Of a stretch of DNA of 64,000 bases, positions 1 through 9,457 are shown piece after piece. The translations under genes were made by a program, and so were the position numbers. Numbering within the stretch: position 1 is the first letter of the stretch; every line of letters starts with the position of its first letter. The notes beneath the pieces are model-generated. The model worked only from the letters and a program-made list of their open reading frames with translations. It had not been told where the DNA came from and did no database searches. Origin of the DNA: Azolla caroliniana (lineage: Eukaryota > Plantae > Polypodiophyta); contig JBHGNT010000131.1 of NCBI GenBank assembly GCA_043228905.1, positions 7,190 through 71,189 of the forward strand, in the 5' to 3' direction.

Positions 1-204
1 GATTGTTTTGTGACAAGAATGGTGTATCATCTACATATGCCTGAGCCACGAAATCATGTTTGTCTTTCATTTGCAAACCGTGAAGTTGACCAATTGATAC
101 TAGATGATCCATGTACAATAGTAGTGGATGAGTTGTGATTGCATACAACAATGCACTTACATGACAACCTTGTCATACTGATTTGGCTAAGCTCCATGAA
201 TCCG

Positions 205-480
205 TCAAATCACCCTCAATAATGCATGAATATGTGCTAGACCCATAAACCAATAGATTACTTGAGACATTTTCGAACCAAATCCTAGTTTGACCATTGT
301 GGCTGCCACAAAATCCCATTGGATGGTGTCAAAGGCCTTTTCAATGTCAAGTTGCATGAACAATACATCTTGTTTGGTGTATTTGGCATACTCCATTCCA
401 ATATAGGGATTAGCAATATTATCTGTAATTTGCCTTCGGGGAATGAACCTGTACTGGTTTATGTGGATGCCTCCCAACAA
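205..480 (-). mobile_element. LINE (L1-like) reverse transcriptase fragment
   Basis: The translation QYRFIPRRQITDNI...MQLDIEKAFDTIQWDF matches the non-LTR RT motifs QxxFxxGRxIxDNI and LDxEKAFDxVxW. It is truncated on both sides. Confidence 0.8.
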
Positions 481-627
481 AGTGTCCTTAATATGATTAA
501 CAATTATCTTTGCAATAAGTTTATAAGAAGAACAAGAAGAAGAATAATGAAGTCACATGTATGCGGGCTCTCTCAAGACACATGAGAAACAAATTAGGAA
601 GAAGGGAGCCAAGTGTTTAGAATGATG

Positions 628-746
628 TAGGAATCGACAATGGTTCAATTTAGGCTTAACCTGTTTGGCCTTGTCCAAACCAAACCAATTAAGCCGAAAC
701 TGGTTTGGGAGTTTCCAAAACTGAACTGAACAAGAGCTGATTCCTA
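628..746. mobile_element. Internally deleted hAT-type MITE, related to the 8882-9179 copy
   Basis: The ends taggaatcgacaatgg...gctgattccta form an inverted repeat. It shares ttggccttgtccaaaccaaa and tttgggagtttccaaa with 8882-9179. No TSD found. Confidence 0.6.
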
Positions 747-1711
747 CGTCCTTCTAAACATCGGGCTCCCTTCTTTTTGACTTGTTTCTCTTGCGAGAAG
801 AAAGAAGTATTATCAAAAGCGAGCAAAAGAGGAGACCACTGCTAGGAAAAAAGAAGAAGAAGGGATGACTCCGACAGACATGAATAACTCAGGATATGAA
901 AAGGGATGTGATAACTCTAGCCTACGATCACATGGAAGACACTATGTAAAAAGATGCATTAGAAAATGTAATGTTCAATATAGTGGTGACTCTAGAAGTT
1001 CGAATAAAGGTAGCAAAATTGTAAAAAAAAATCCCCTTAGATTGCAATAGATTTCATCAAGCATTATTGGATGATTATACGCTTGACGACCTCATTAGGG
1101 TCACAAAGAAAACCTTTTTTGAATGTATCAAGAAATGAGGGAAAACTCTCTTAGTATCAACATTGCGGAGAGAATTTGAAAATAAGTATAATTCATGAAG
1201 AGTGTCATCCAAGTTCTTGAGTTCATAACTTCCATTGTCACCAGTGTCACCACCAATCATCTTCTAGGATTTAAGCCTTTAAGAAAAACACTAACATTAA
1301 GAAGCTCACATATTTCCATAAAGATGTCGCATCTTTATACTCCTCTAAAACACATGTATAGTCTCATGTTTGGCTGGTTATGCTGAACTGTAGACTTTTT
1401 GTTATGTTTCTTAGAGGTACAACAATATTCGAGGAACTTACTCTTATTAAAGATGACATCCTAGATGCATAAAGGATTTTTAAGCTGAGAACCATATCAT
1501 GTAGCCCATTTCACCTCCCTCATCATATGCAAGGAAGATAGACTTCATGGAAATTGCATCGTGTTTTCATTGGTTGTCAAGATCACGATAGTGCATGCAC
1601 CTATAATTCCTTCTATCCAATCAAATTAGTCCCTTTCTAACATTAGTGAACATACCCTTCATTTATGTAAATATTAGTGACCTACCTTCACCTATGTTAT
1701 GTGTACATAAC

Positions 1712-2042
1712 TGTTGGGATTTCGGTCCCTCCGGATGGGATGTCCGGAGATGAATGACGGCAAGCCCGGAGGCTGTTACGGAACCATATGATGAAGAGTA
1801 CCCGGCATGAAGCCGGATGAAGAGTACCCTGGTTACGGAGCCGGATGCTGAAGACCCCGGTTACGGAGCCGGATGACGTATGTACCCGGAGAGAGATCCG
1901 GATGCGGAGACATATTTGTGAATATGTTTGCCAAGGGCCCTTGAGGCTATACTTGTAAATAGCCCGAAAGTCATATATGTATAAATATGACTTAGGGCAA
2001 ATAGTTTCGTTGTTGCTTAATTTTCATGCAAAGTGAGAGCAG

Positions 2043-2079
<37 letters not shown>

Positions 2080-2341
2080 GAAGAGGTCGTTGCCTCTGTG
2101 TATTGCCGCCGCCTGTGGCGAAGACAGTGAGCTCAAGGTTGTTGCCTTGTAGCTTCACCAGTGTACATCCCTGTTCATAGTGATAGTTGGAGTTTGAGGA
2201 CTCCCGTGGTTTTTCCCATTTAGGGTTTTCCACGTAAAACATCCAGTGTACCTTTCTCTCTATTGTTTTGTGCATTTTGTATTTCCTGTTTTCTGTGAGT
2301 TGATCCCATTCCTCGGTTGTGGCCGAGCATTGTTTTCAACA
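1712..2341 (+). repeat. 5' LTR of the intact copia element (630 bp)
   Basis: tgttggg...tcaaca, with TATA (tataaata) near 1980, (GA)17 and imperfect gccggatga tandem repeats in U3. Confidence 0.97.
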
Positions 2342-2372
2342 AAGTGGTATCAGAGCGAGGTTAACCCAGAAA

Positions 2373-5300
2373 ATGGAAGGCGGCAGCAACGGGCAGCCGG
2401 GGATGATGGTGCTGAATGCGCAGAACTACGCCGACTGGAAGATAAAGATGGAGGATCTGCTCATTGTTCGGGACCTGTATGAACCGATCGACAGGTCGGA
2501 AATACCCAAGGGGGTACTTGAGACGGAATGGAGGCTTCTGAACCGGAAAGCCGTTGCAACCATTCGGCAATACGTCGACGTGAGCGTTCTACAACATGTG
2601 GCGAACGACACCAACGCATATGAGATGTGGCGGAAGCTGTCGGGCCTCTACGAGAGGAAGAATGCGTTGAACCGGACCTCCCTGATGAGGAAGATAGTGA
2701 ACCTCAAGTACCGGGACGACGAGAGTATTGTGGAACACGTAAGCACGTTCATGGGATTCGTGAACCAGCTTGCGGCGATCAAGTTCCCGTTGGAGGATGC
2801 AATGCAAGCCATCATTCTGATGTGTACATTGCCGGAAAGCTGGGAGAACTTGGTGGTGACTCTCAGCACCTCCTGCACCGAAGATAACTTGTCTCTACAA
2901 ACGGTAAAGACAAGCATTTTGAACGAAGAAGCGCGTCGGAGAGATAAAGAACCGGCCTCCGACTCGAAGGCGCTGCTTACCGAATCGGAATGGGGAAGAC
3001 ATCGGAACCGGAGTCCGCAAAGACGGGAGAAGTCGGGGACCCGGTCGCAGTCAAGAGGAAGGCCCACATGCTTCCACTGTGGGAAGACGGGGCACTTCCG
3101 GAAGAATTGTCGGCATTACCGAAAAGACAACGGAGCCGACGACACCGATTCGAAGAAGTCACCGGAGAGAAACGGTGCATACCGGGGAGCCACGGACCGG
3201 AGAGGTCCGGATCGGCGAGGGCAGGACCGGAAAGGAACGACGGCACTCGCGGCAAGTGAAGAAGAGATAATGCTCATTACCGAAGAGAGGGAGCTGAACC
3301 TTGCCGGTGTAGAGATGACCTGGGTGGTCGATTCCGGAGCGTCGTTCCACCTGACCCCGGAGAAGAAATACTTCTCATCCTACACAACCGGTGAGCATGG
3401 CTGTGTCCGGATGGGAAATGAAGGTACATGCCGGATTGCCGGCATAGGAGACGTGTGGCTGATGACATCAACCGGATGCAAGATGCTGCTGAAGGATGTT
3501 CGACACGTTCCGGAGGTCCGATTGAACCTGATCTCGGTCGGGAGGCTAGACGATGAAGGCTACACGGGCAGCATCCGGAACGGTGTCATGAAGTTCAGCA
3601 AAGGGAGCCTGATAGTGGCTCGGGCCCGGAAGGTCAACACACTATACCTGATGAATGCCCGGTTATGTCCGGAAGAGCTGAATGTGGCAGCCGACACTGC
3701 CGGTGAGCTGTGGCACAAAAGACTGTGCCACATGAGTGAGAAGGGGATGAAGAGGCTTGCAGAAGACAACCTTATTCCAGTGAAGCATGTGCACCTGGAG
3801 AAGTGCACCGACTGCCTGGCCGGTAAGCAAAACCGGACCTCCTTCCACTCAAGGCCACCGACGAGACGTAGCGCACCATTGGAGCTGGTGCACACTGACG
3901 TGTGTCAAGTAGAAACGAAGTCACATGGCGGAGCCCAATACTTCGTGACATTCATTGATGACCACAGCCGGAAGCTGTGGACGGCACCGTTGAAGACAAA
4001 GGACCAAGTGTTGTGCGTCTTCAAAGAACTTCACGCGAGAGTCGAAAGGGAATCCGGCAAGAAGCTGAAAGCGATACGAGCGGATAACGGAGGGGAATAC
4101 CGGGGGCAGTTCCAGGAGTACTGTCGCTCGAAGGGAATCCGGCTCGAGTTTACTGTGCCGAAGACGCCGGAACTGAACGGGCTGGCCGAGAGGATGAACC
4201 GGACCATAATGGAGAGGGTCCGGAGTATGCTGGTGCATGCGAAATTACCCAAGGGATTTTGGGCTGAGGCAATGTCGACGGCGACGTATGTGATAAATAG
4301 ATCACCCTCAGTACCTTTGGACGGAGACACACCGCAGAAAGTGTGGACCGGTAAGGAAGTGTCCTACCGGCATCTGAAGGTGTTCGGGTGTCTCGCATAC
4401 GTGCATGTGGCAAAGGACCGGAGAGGAAAGTTAGATCCAAAGACCCGGCCATGCATATTCCTCGGTTACGGCGACGACGAGTTCGGCTACCGAGTATGGG
4501 ACCCGGTCGACAAGAAGATATTCAGGAGTCGAGATATCATCTTCATGGAGAACAAGACACTCGCCGACTGGGAGTCGGAGAAGAAGATGAAGAGCTCCAA
4601 GTCGACCGGTGAGGATCAACTCTACGAGGAGCAGTCCCGACCGGCAAGGGACCGGTTAGCACTCGAGGACCCGGCCGAAGACGGTGAAGAAACAGAACCG
4701 GCCGAAGAAGATGAAAATGATACCGGAACCGGCCCCGATCCCGAAATGGATTCGGATGAAGAAGAATCGGAAGAACCGGTTACCGAAGCTCCGGAACGGA
4801 GATATCCTCTAAGAGAGAGAAGGGCCCCCCGGAGATTTCCGGAACCTGAGCACGTGCTGCTAACCGACGAGGGGGAGCCGGAGAGCTTTGAAGAAGCAAA
4901 GCATGACACCCATAGCCGCAGGTGGTTAAGTGCCATGCAGGAGGAGATGGATTCCCTGCATGAGAACCACACATATGAACTTGTGGAGTTGCCGAAAGGA
5001 AAACGGGCACTCCGTAACAAGTGGGTGTTCAAGCTGAAACCGGGAGATGCCGGAAACCCCCCGAGATACAAAGCCAGGATCGTGGTGAAGGGGTTCCAGC
5101 AGAAGAAGGGCGTTGACTTCGACGAGATATTTGCCCCGGTAGTGAAGATGACCTCCATCCGGACGGTGCTGAGCATAGCGGCAAGCATGGACCTCGAGGT
5201 AGAACAGATGGACGTGAAGACGGCATTCCTTCACGGTGACCTCGAAGAAGAGATCTACATGCAGCAACCGGAAGGATTCGAGAAGAAAGGGAAGGAGCAC

Positions 5301-6446
5301 CTGGTATGCCGGTTGAAGAAGAGCCTTTACGGACTGAAGCAGGCTCCCCGGCAATGGTACCGGAAGTTCGACTCCTTCATGACCGACGAAGGGTACTGCA
5401 AAACGCAGTCCGACCACTGCGTGTTTGTGAAGAAGTTCGACGGAGGAGACTTTCTAATACTCCTCCTATACGTGGACGACATGTTGATCGTCGGACGGGA
5501 CCAGGTCAAGATACGGATGCTGAAGAAAGCGCTTCACCGAACCTTCTCAATGAAGGACCTGGGTCCGGCGAGGCAAATACTAGGGATGCATATCATCCGG
5601 GACCGGAAGAAGAAGCAGTTGTGGTTGTCACAGGAGAAGTACGTGACAAAGGTGCTTCACCGGTTCAATATGTCGGAAGCAAGACCGGTCGGATCGACCC
5701 TCCCGGCAAACTGCAAGCTGTCCAACAAGCAAAGTCCCAAGACAAAGGCTGAAAAGGAGGATATGATGAAAGTGCCATATGCCTCAGCCGTCGGGAGCTT
5801 GATGTACGCCATGGTGTGTACGAGACCGGACATAGGATATGCAGTCGGAGTGGTGAGCCGGTACATGAGCAACCCTGGCAAAGAGCACTGGAACGCGGTC
5901 AAGTGGATACTCCGATACCTGAAGGGCACGGCAAACGTGTGCCTCCGATTCGGCTCCGGTAAGCCCGAACTCGACGGCTTCACCGATTCGGATATGTCGG
6001 CTGATGCAGATACCAGCCGGTCCACATCAGGGTATGTGATGACCTATGCAGGGGGAGCCGTTTCGTGGCAGTCGAGGCTGCAGAAGACGGTTGCGTTGTC
6101 AACCACGGAGGCGGAGTACATGGCGGCTGTTGAAGCCGGCAAGGAAATAATATGGATGAAGGACTTCATTAGAGAGCTCGGTATCCGGCAGGAGGAGTAC
6201 CGACTCTACTGCGATAGTCAGAGTGCCATCCACCTTGCGAAGAACACGGCCTATCACTCCCGGACGAAGCACATCCAGCGTAGATACCACTGGATCCGGG
6301 AAAGGATAGAAGACAAGGAGTTCGTGCTAACGAAGATCCACACGGACGAGAACGGGTCGGATATGCTGACCAAGGTGCTCACACCCGACAAACTGGAAGC
6401 ATGCCGGAAGAGGATCGGGTTGGAGAGACATCCCATGCCGAAGTGA
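2373..6446 (+). CDS. Copia gag-pol polyprotein (gag, CCHC knuckle, protease, integrase, RT, RNase H), 1357 aa
   Basis: First ATG after the PBS. Motifs CFHCGKTGHFRKNC, WVVDSGAS, WHKRLCH/CTDC, HTD..DNGGEY..AERMNRT, LYVDD and YCDSQSAIHL occur in copia order. Confidence 0.97.
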   Translation: MEGGSNGQPGMMVLNAQNYADWKIKMEDLLIVRDLYEPIDRSEIPKGVLETEWRLLNRKAVATIRQYVDVSVLQHVANDTNAYEMWRKLSGLYERKNALNRTSLMRKIVNLKYRDDESIVEHVSTFMGFVNQLAAIKFPLEDAMQAIILMCTLPESWENLVVTLSTSCTEDNLSLQTVKTSILNEEARRRDKEPASDSKALLTESEWGRHRNRSPQRREKSGTRSQSRGRPTCFHCGKTGHFRKNCRHYRKDNGADDTDSKKSPERNGAYRGATDRRGPDRRGQDRKGTTALAASEEEIMLITEERELNLAGVEMTWVVDSGASFHLTPEKKYFSSYTTGEHGCVRMGNEGTCRIAGIGDVWLMTSTGCKMLLKDVRHVPEVRLNLISVGRLDDEGYTGSIRNGVMKFSKGSLIVARARKVNTLYLMNARLCPEELNVAADTAGELWHKRLCHMSEKGMKRLAEDNLIPVKHVHLEKCTDCLAGKQNRTSFHSRPPTRRSAPLELVHTDVCQVETKSHGGAQYFVTFIDDHSRKLWTAPLKTKDQVLCVFKELHARVERESGKKLKAIRADNGGEYRGQFQEYCRSKGIRLEFTVPKTPELNGLAERMNRTIMERVRSMLVHAKLPKGFWAEAMSTATYVINRSPSVPLDGDTPQKVWTGKEVSYRHLKVFGCLAYVHVAKDRRGKLDPKTRPCIFLGYGDDEFGYRVWDPVDKKIFRSRDIIFMENKTLADWESEKKMKSSKSTGEDQLYEEQSRPARDRLALEDPAEDGEETEPAEEDENDTGTGPDPEMDSDEEESEEPVTEAPERRYPLRERRAPRRFPEPEHVLLTDEGEPESFEEAKHDTHSRRWLSAMQEEMDSLHENHTYELVELPKGKRALRNKWVFKLKPGDAGNPPRYKARIVVKGFQQKKGVDFDEIFAPVVKMTSIRTVLSIAASMDLEVEQMDVKTAFLHGDLEEEIYMQQPEGFEKKGKEHLVCRLKKSLYGLKQAPRQWYRKFDSFMTDEGYCKTQSDHCVFVKKFDGGDFLILLLYVDDMLIVGRDQVKIRMLKKALHRTFSMKDLGPARQILGMHIIRDRKKKQLWLSQEKYVTKVLHRFNMSEARPVGSTLPANCKLSNKQSPKTKAEKEDMMKVPYASAVGSLMYAMVCTRPDIGYAVGVVSRYMSNPGKEHWNAVKWILRYLKGTANVCLRFGSGKPELDGFTDSDMSADADTSRSTSGYVMTYAGGAVSWQSRLQKTVALSTTEAEYMAAVEAGKEIIWMKDFIRELGIRQEEYRLYCDSQSAIHLAKNTAYHSRTKHIQRRYHWIRERIEDKEFVLTKIHTDENGSDMLTKVLTPDKLEACRKRIGLERHPMPK

Positions 6447-6456
6447 AGGGGGAGTT

Positions 6457-6787
6457 TGTTGGGATTTCGGTCCCTCCGGATGGGATGTCCGGAGATGAAT
6501 GACGGCAAGCCCGGAGGCTGTTACGGAACCATATGATGAAGAGTACCCGGCATGAAGCCGGATGAAGAGTACCCTGGTTACGGAGCCGGATGCTGAAGAC
6601 CCCGGTTACGGAGCCGGATGACGTATGTACCCGGAGAGAGATCCGGATGCGGAGACATATTTGTGAATATGTTTGCCAAGGGCCCTTGAGGCTATACTTG
6701 TAAATAGCCCGAAAGTCATATATGTATAAATATGACTTAGGGCAAATAGTTTCGTTGTTGCTTAATTTTCATGCAAAGTGAGAGCAG

Positions 6788-6834
<47 letters not shown>

Positions 6835-7096
6835 GAAGAGGTCGTTGCCTCTGTGTATTGCCGCCGCCTGTGGCGAAGACAGTGAGCTCAAGGTTGTTGC
6901 CTTGTAGCTTCACCAGTGTACATCCCTGTTCATAGTGATAGTTGGAGTTTGAGGACTCCCGTGGTTTTTCCCATTTAGGGTTTTCCACGTAAAACATCCA
7001 GTGTACCTTTCTCTCTATTGTTTTGTGCATTTTGTATTTCCTGTTTTCTGTGAGTTGATCCCATTCCTCGGTTGTGGCCGAGCATTGTTTTCAACA
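6457..7096 (+). repeat. 3' LTR of the intact copia element (640 bp)
   Basis: Appears identical to the 5' LTR except (GA)22 versus (GA)17. Confidence 0.97.
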
Positions 7097-7101
7097 ATAA
7101 C

Positions 7102-8860
7102 ACCATTTAATTCACAAAATATTCTAAATTCAATGCTTGTGAACTCACCCATATTGTGAATCTGTAGACATTTTTATTATCACAGGTTTGCTTATTAGCT
7201 TAGTTGGTTTGAAGATCGTGTGAAACGCCAAGGTTACATATTACATACATGGATAGACCATTCATGATCAATATTTCGTGAATTAATGTGTTGCATATTA
7301 TTGGATGCCTAAAAAACTATCAATAGAATATTTTGGACATAGAACAAGATGCAAGAGATCTAGGTTAGGAAGTTCCGCAATTAAACGACATGTATTTGCT
7401 TGAAACCATATGATGGAAGTTTATTGCATCTATGTATAATTTTCAATTGTGTGATACTCAAAGTTTTGAAAATACAAAAAAAACTAATATCTTGTAATAA
7501 GAACGAGATCATATTTGAAATCATAGGGTAGGATGTTTTGCTAGTTCGACAACACATATAAATTAGAATTGTGGACATGAATAAATTAGAATCATCTTCC
7601 TTGCACAAAAATGTGTGTTCACACACTCGACTACTTCATGTGAAGTGGTTAAGTGATAACACACTTAACAATTTATCTGACACCGTAGAATTATAAAATT
7701 CAATTCATACCCTCGTTCCTTTTGGAATTAACCGACACATACCTATAATAAGATAAGGGAAAACTACAAAAAAACCTATCTAAAGATCAATTATGGTTAT
7801 GCTTGGAACATTCTCTTGTGATTTCTATTTGAGGGAGGTGAGTTGTGTGTTTAGAAGGTTAAGAACTTAAGACAATTTGGTATATCAATAAATGCATTTA
7901 AGGATTGTGAAAGGTTCACAAACTCGTGGGAATCATAGACAAAGTCTTAGAGTTTAGAAATACACATAGAAATACCTTTTGTCTAGGGTTAAATACACAA
8001 GGTTTGTCAATGCTAGTTGGCATCAACTCATGCTCTATCTTGAGCAAATGTGACTTTGTGTCATGCAATATGCAACATACATTTATATATCCCTTAGATA
8101 GTTTATGTTGTGTATAACTCATCACGATGAATGCTACCATCAATCGAGGCTCATACGTAAAATCATATATCAATGTCAAATGACTATATCCAATCAATAT
8201 ATGCTTGGAGAAAACTCTATAATAGGACATTATTTTTCCAAAGCTCAAAGCATATCATCATTAATTTGATTGTTTGGTCGATTGGTCCATTACACCAAGG
8301 TTGGTCTATGGAGTGCATGCTCAAGGTAGTTTCTAGTTTCGTAATAGACTTTATCCAAAACATCACTAATAAATTGAAAATCTTTGCCGCTCTTTATATT
8401 TATTGGTAACCCGAGAATGGTGATATTTGGTCACATAATCATTAATATCAAGATGCACCTCAACTAGAAAAAAAGAGAGTAAAAATGATAACAAGTGTAT
8501 GATGTGTTTTAGGATGCCTTAGTGAGGGTACACTGCATTCAAGAAAAATAAATCTCATTTTAAATTCAAACAAATTTGGAAAACAAACCTTTCGAATATG
8601 GTTGAGTAGACCATTAGCAATGTAGAATGTTCATAGTGAGGCTGCAAGTGTCTCATAATAAGCATGACAATAACTGATCTTGCAATAGGTTTTCCATAGT
8701 TCACCAAATCTTATGATCAAGTATCATTATGCGACCAATAGGAAGGCCAGAACTTTCAAGGAAATCAATTATTCGAGTGTCGATCCCTTCAGAGATGACA
8801 AGATCACAAAGGCATGCATAGCGAGCGGGAAGGCGTGAGAGGTAGGTTTCATGTGAGAGA
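7102..8860. mobile_element. Decayed LTR retrotransposon remnants
   Basis: Minus-strand GEFTSIEF integrase-like segment at ~7110-7150 and degenerate gypsy-integrase-like sequence at ~8270-8760. No long ORF. Confidence 0.4.
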
Positions 8861-8881
8861 GCATATATGTGCAATAACAAC

Positions 8882-9179
8882 TAGGAATCAACAACGATTT
8901 GGTTTTGGCTTTATCGTATTGGCCTTGTCCAAACCAAATTGGGCAAGGCTTAACCAATTTGGGAGTTTCCAAACTTAAACCGAACCAGTTTCTAAACTGG
9001 TTAAGGCTAACTAGTTTAGCCAAGCCAATTAAGCCTTAACTGGTTTGGTTTGGCTCGAGCCCTCTCAAACCGAGCTCAAACTGGTTAAGGAAGCTCAAGC
9101 CTAAATCGAACTGCCAAACCGTTTAAAAATGGTTTTAACGGTTCGGTTCAGGCTTGAGCCGAGCCATTGCCGATTCTTA
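8882..9179. mobile_element. hAT-type MITE immediately upstream of the BRCT-BAH gene
   Basis: Imperfect 15-bp TIR taggaatcaacaacg / cattgccgattctta. 8-bp TSD ataacaac (8874-8881) / gtaacaac (9180-9187). Many internal aaacc/ggttt repeats. Confidence 0.8.
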
Positions 9180-9457
9180 GTAACAACCGTGGCCTCATTG
9201 TCGGGGAGGGACCCTTCTGGACAAAGTTTGCCATCGGGGGACGGCTTATCGGTTTTGATCTTGAGCGTATTTCTCTTTATTCCAGAAATGCCCCTCCCAG
9301 GTTTTGGTTTATTTCCATCGAAATGCCCCTTCTCGCTTCTCTTTAGTATTCGTGCATTTTATTCATGTAGCAGTATCTCAGAAATTGTTGTTATTCCTTC
9401 GCCCTCTCTTTCCCGCGCTCTCTAGGAGACTACGCGGAAGCCGTCGCGATCCAGGCT

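Larger units (their letters stand above)
1712..7096 (+). mobile_element. Intact Ty1/copia LTR retrotransposon (Tork/TAR-like)
   Basis: TG..CA LTRs at 1712-2341 and 6457-7096. 5-bp TSD ATAAC at 1707-1711 and 7097-7101. tRNA-iMet PBS tggtatcagagc at 2345-2356. PPT gaagggggag at 6445-6454. Single intact polyprotein ORF. Confidence 0.98.

Noticed and set aside
1780-1905. Short spaced repeats resembling a CRISPR array
   Set aside because: They are imperfect tandem U3 repeats with no unique spacers, in a eukaryotic LTR.
2319-2372. ORF-track N-terminal extension of the copia polyprotein
   Set aside because: It starts at GTG inside the LTR/PBS. The ATG at 2373 is the plausible start.
2361-6508. Many antisense and alternative-frame ORFs over the copia element
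   Set aside because: Expected shadows of GC-rich coding sequence, with no recognisable motifs.
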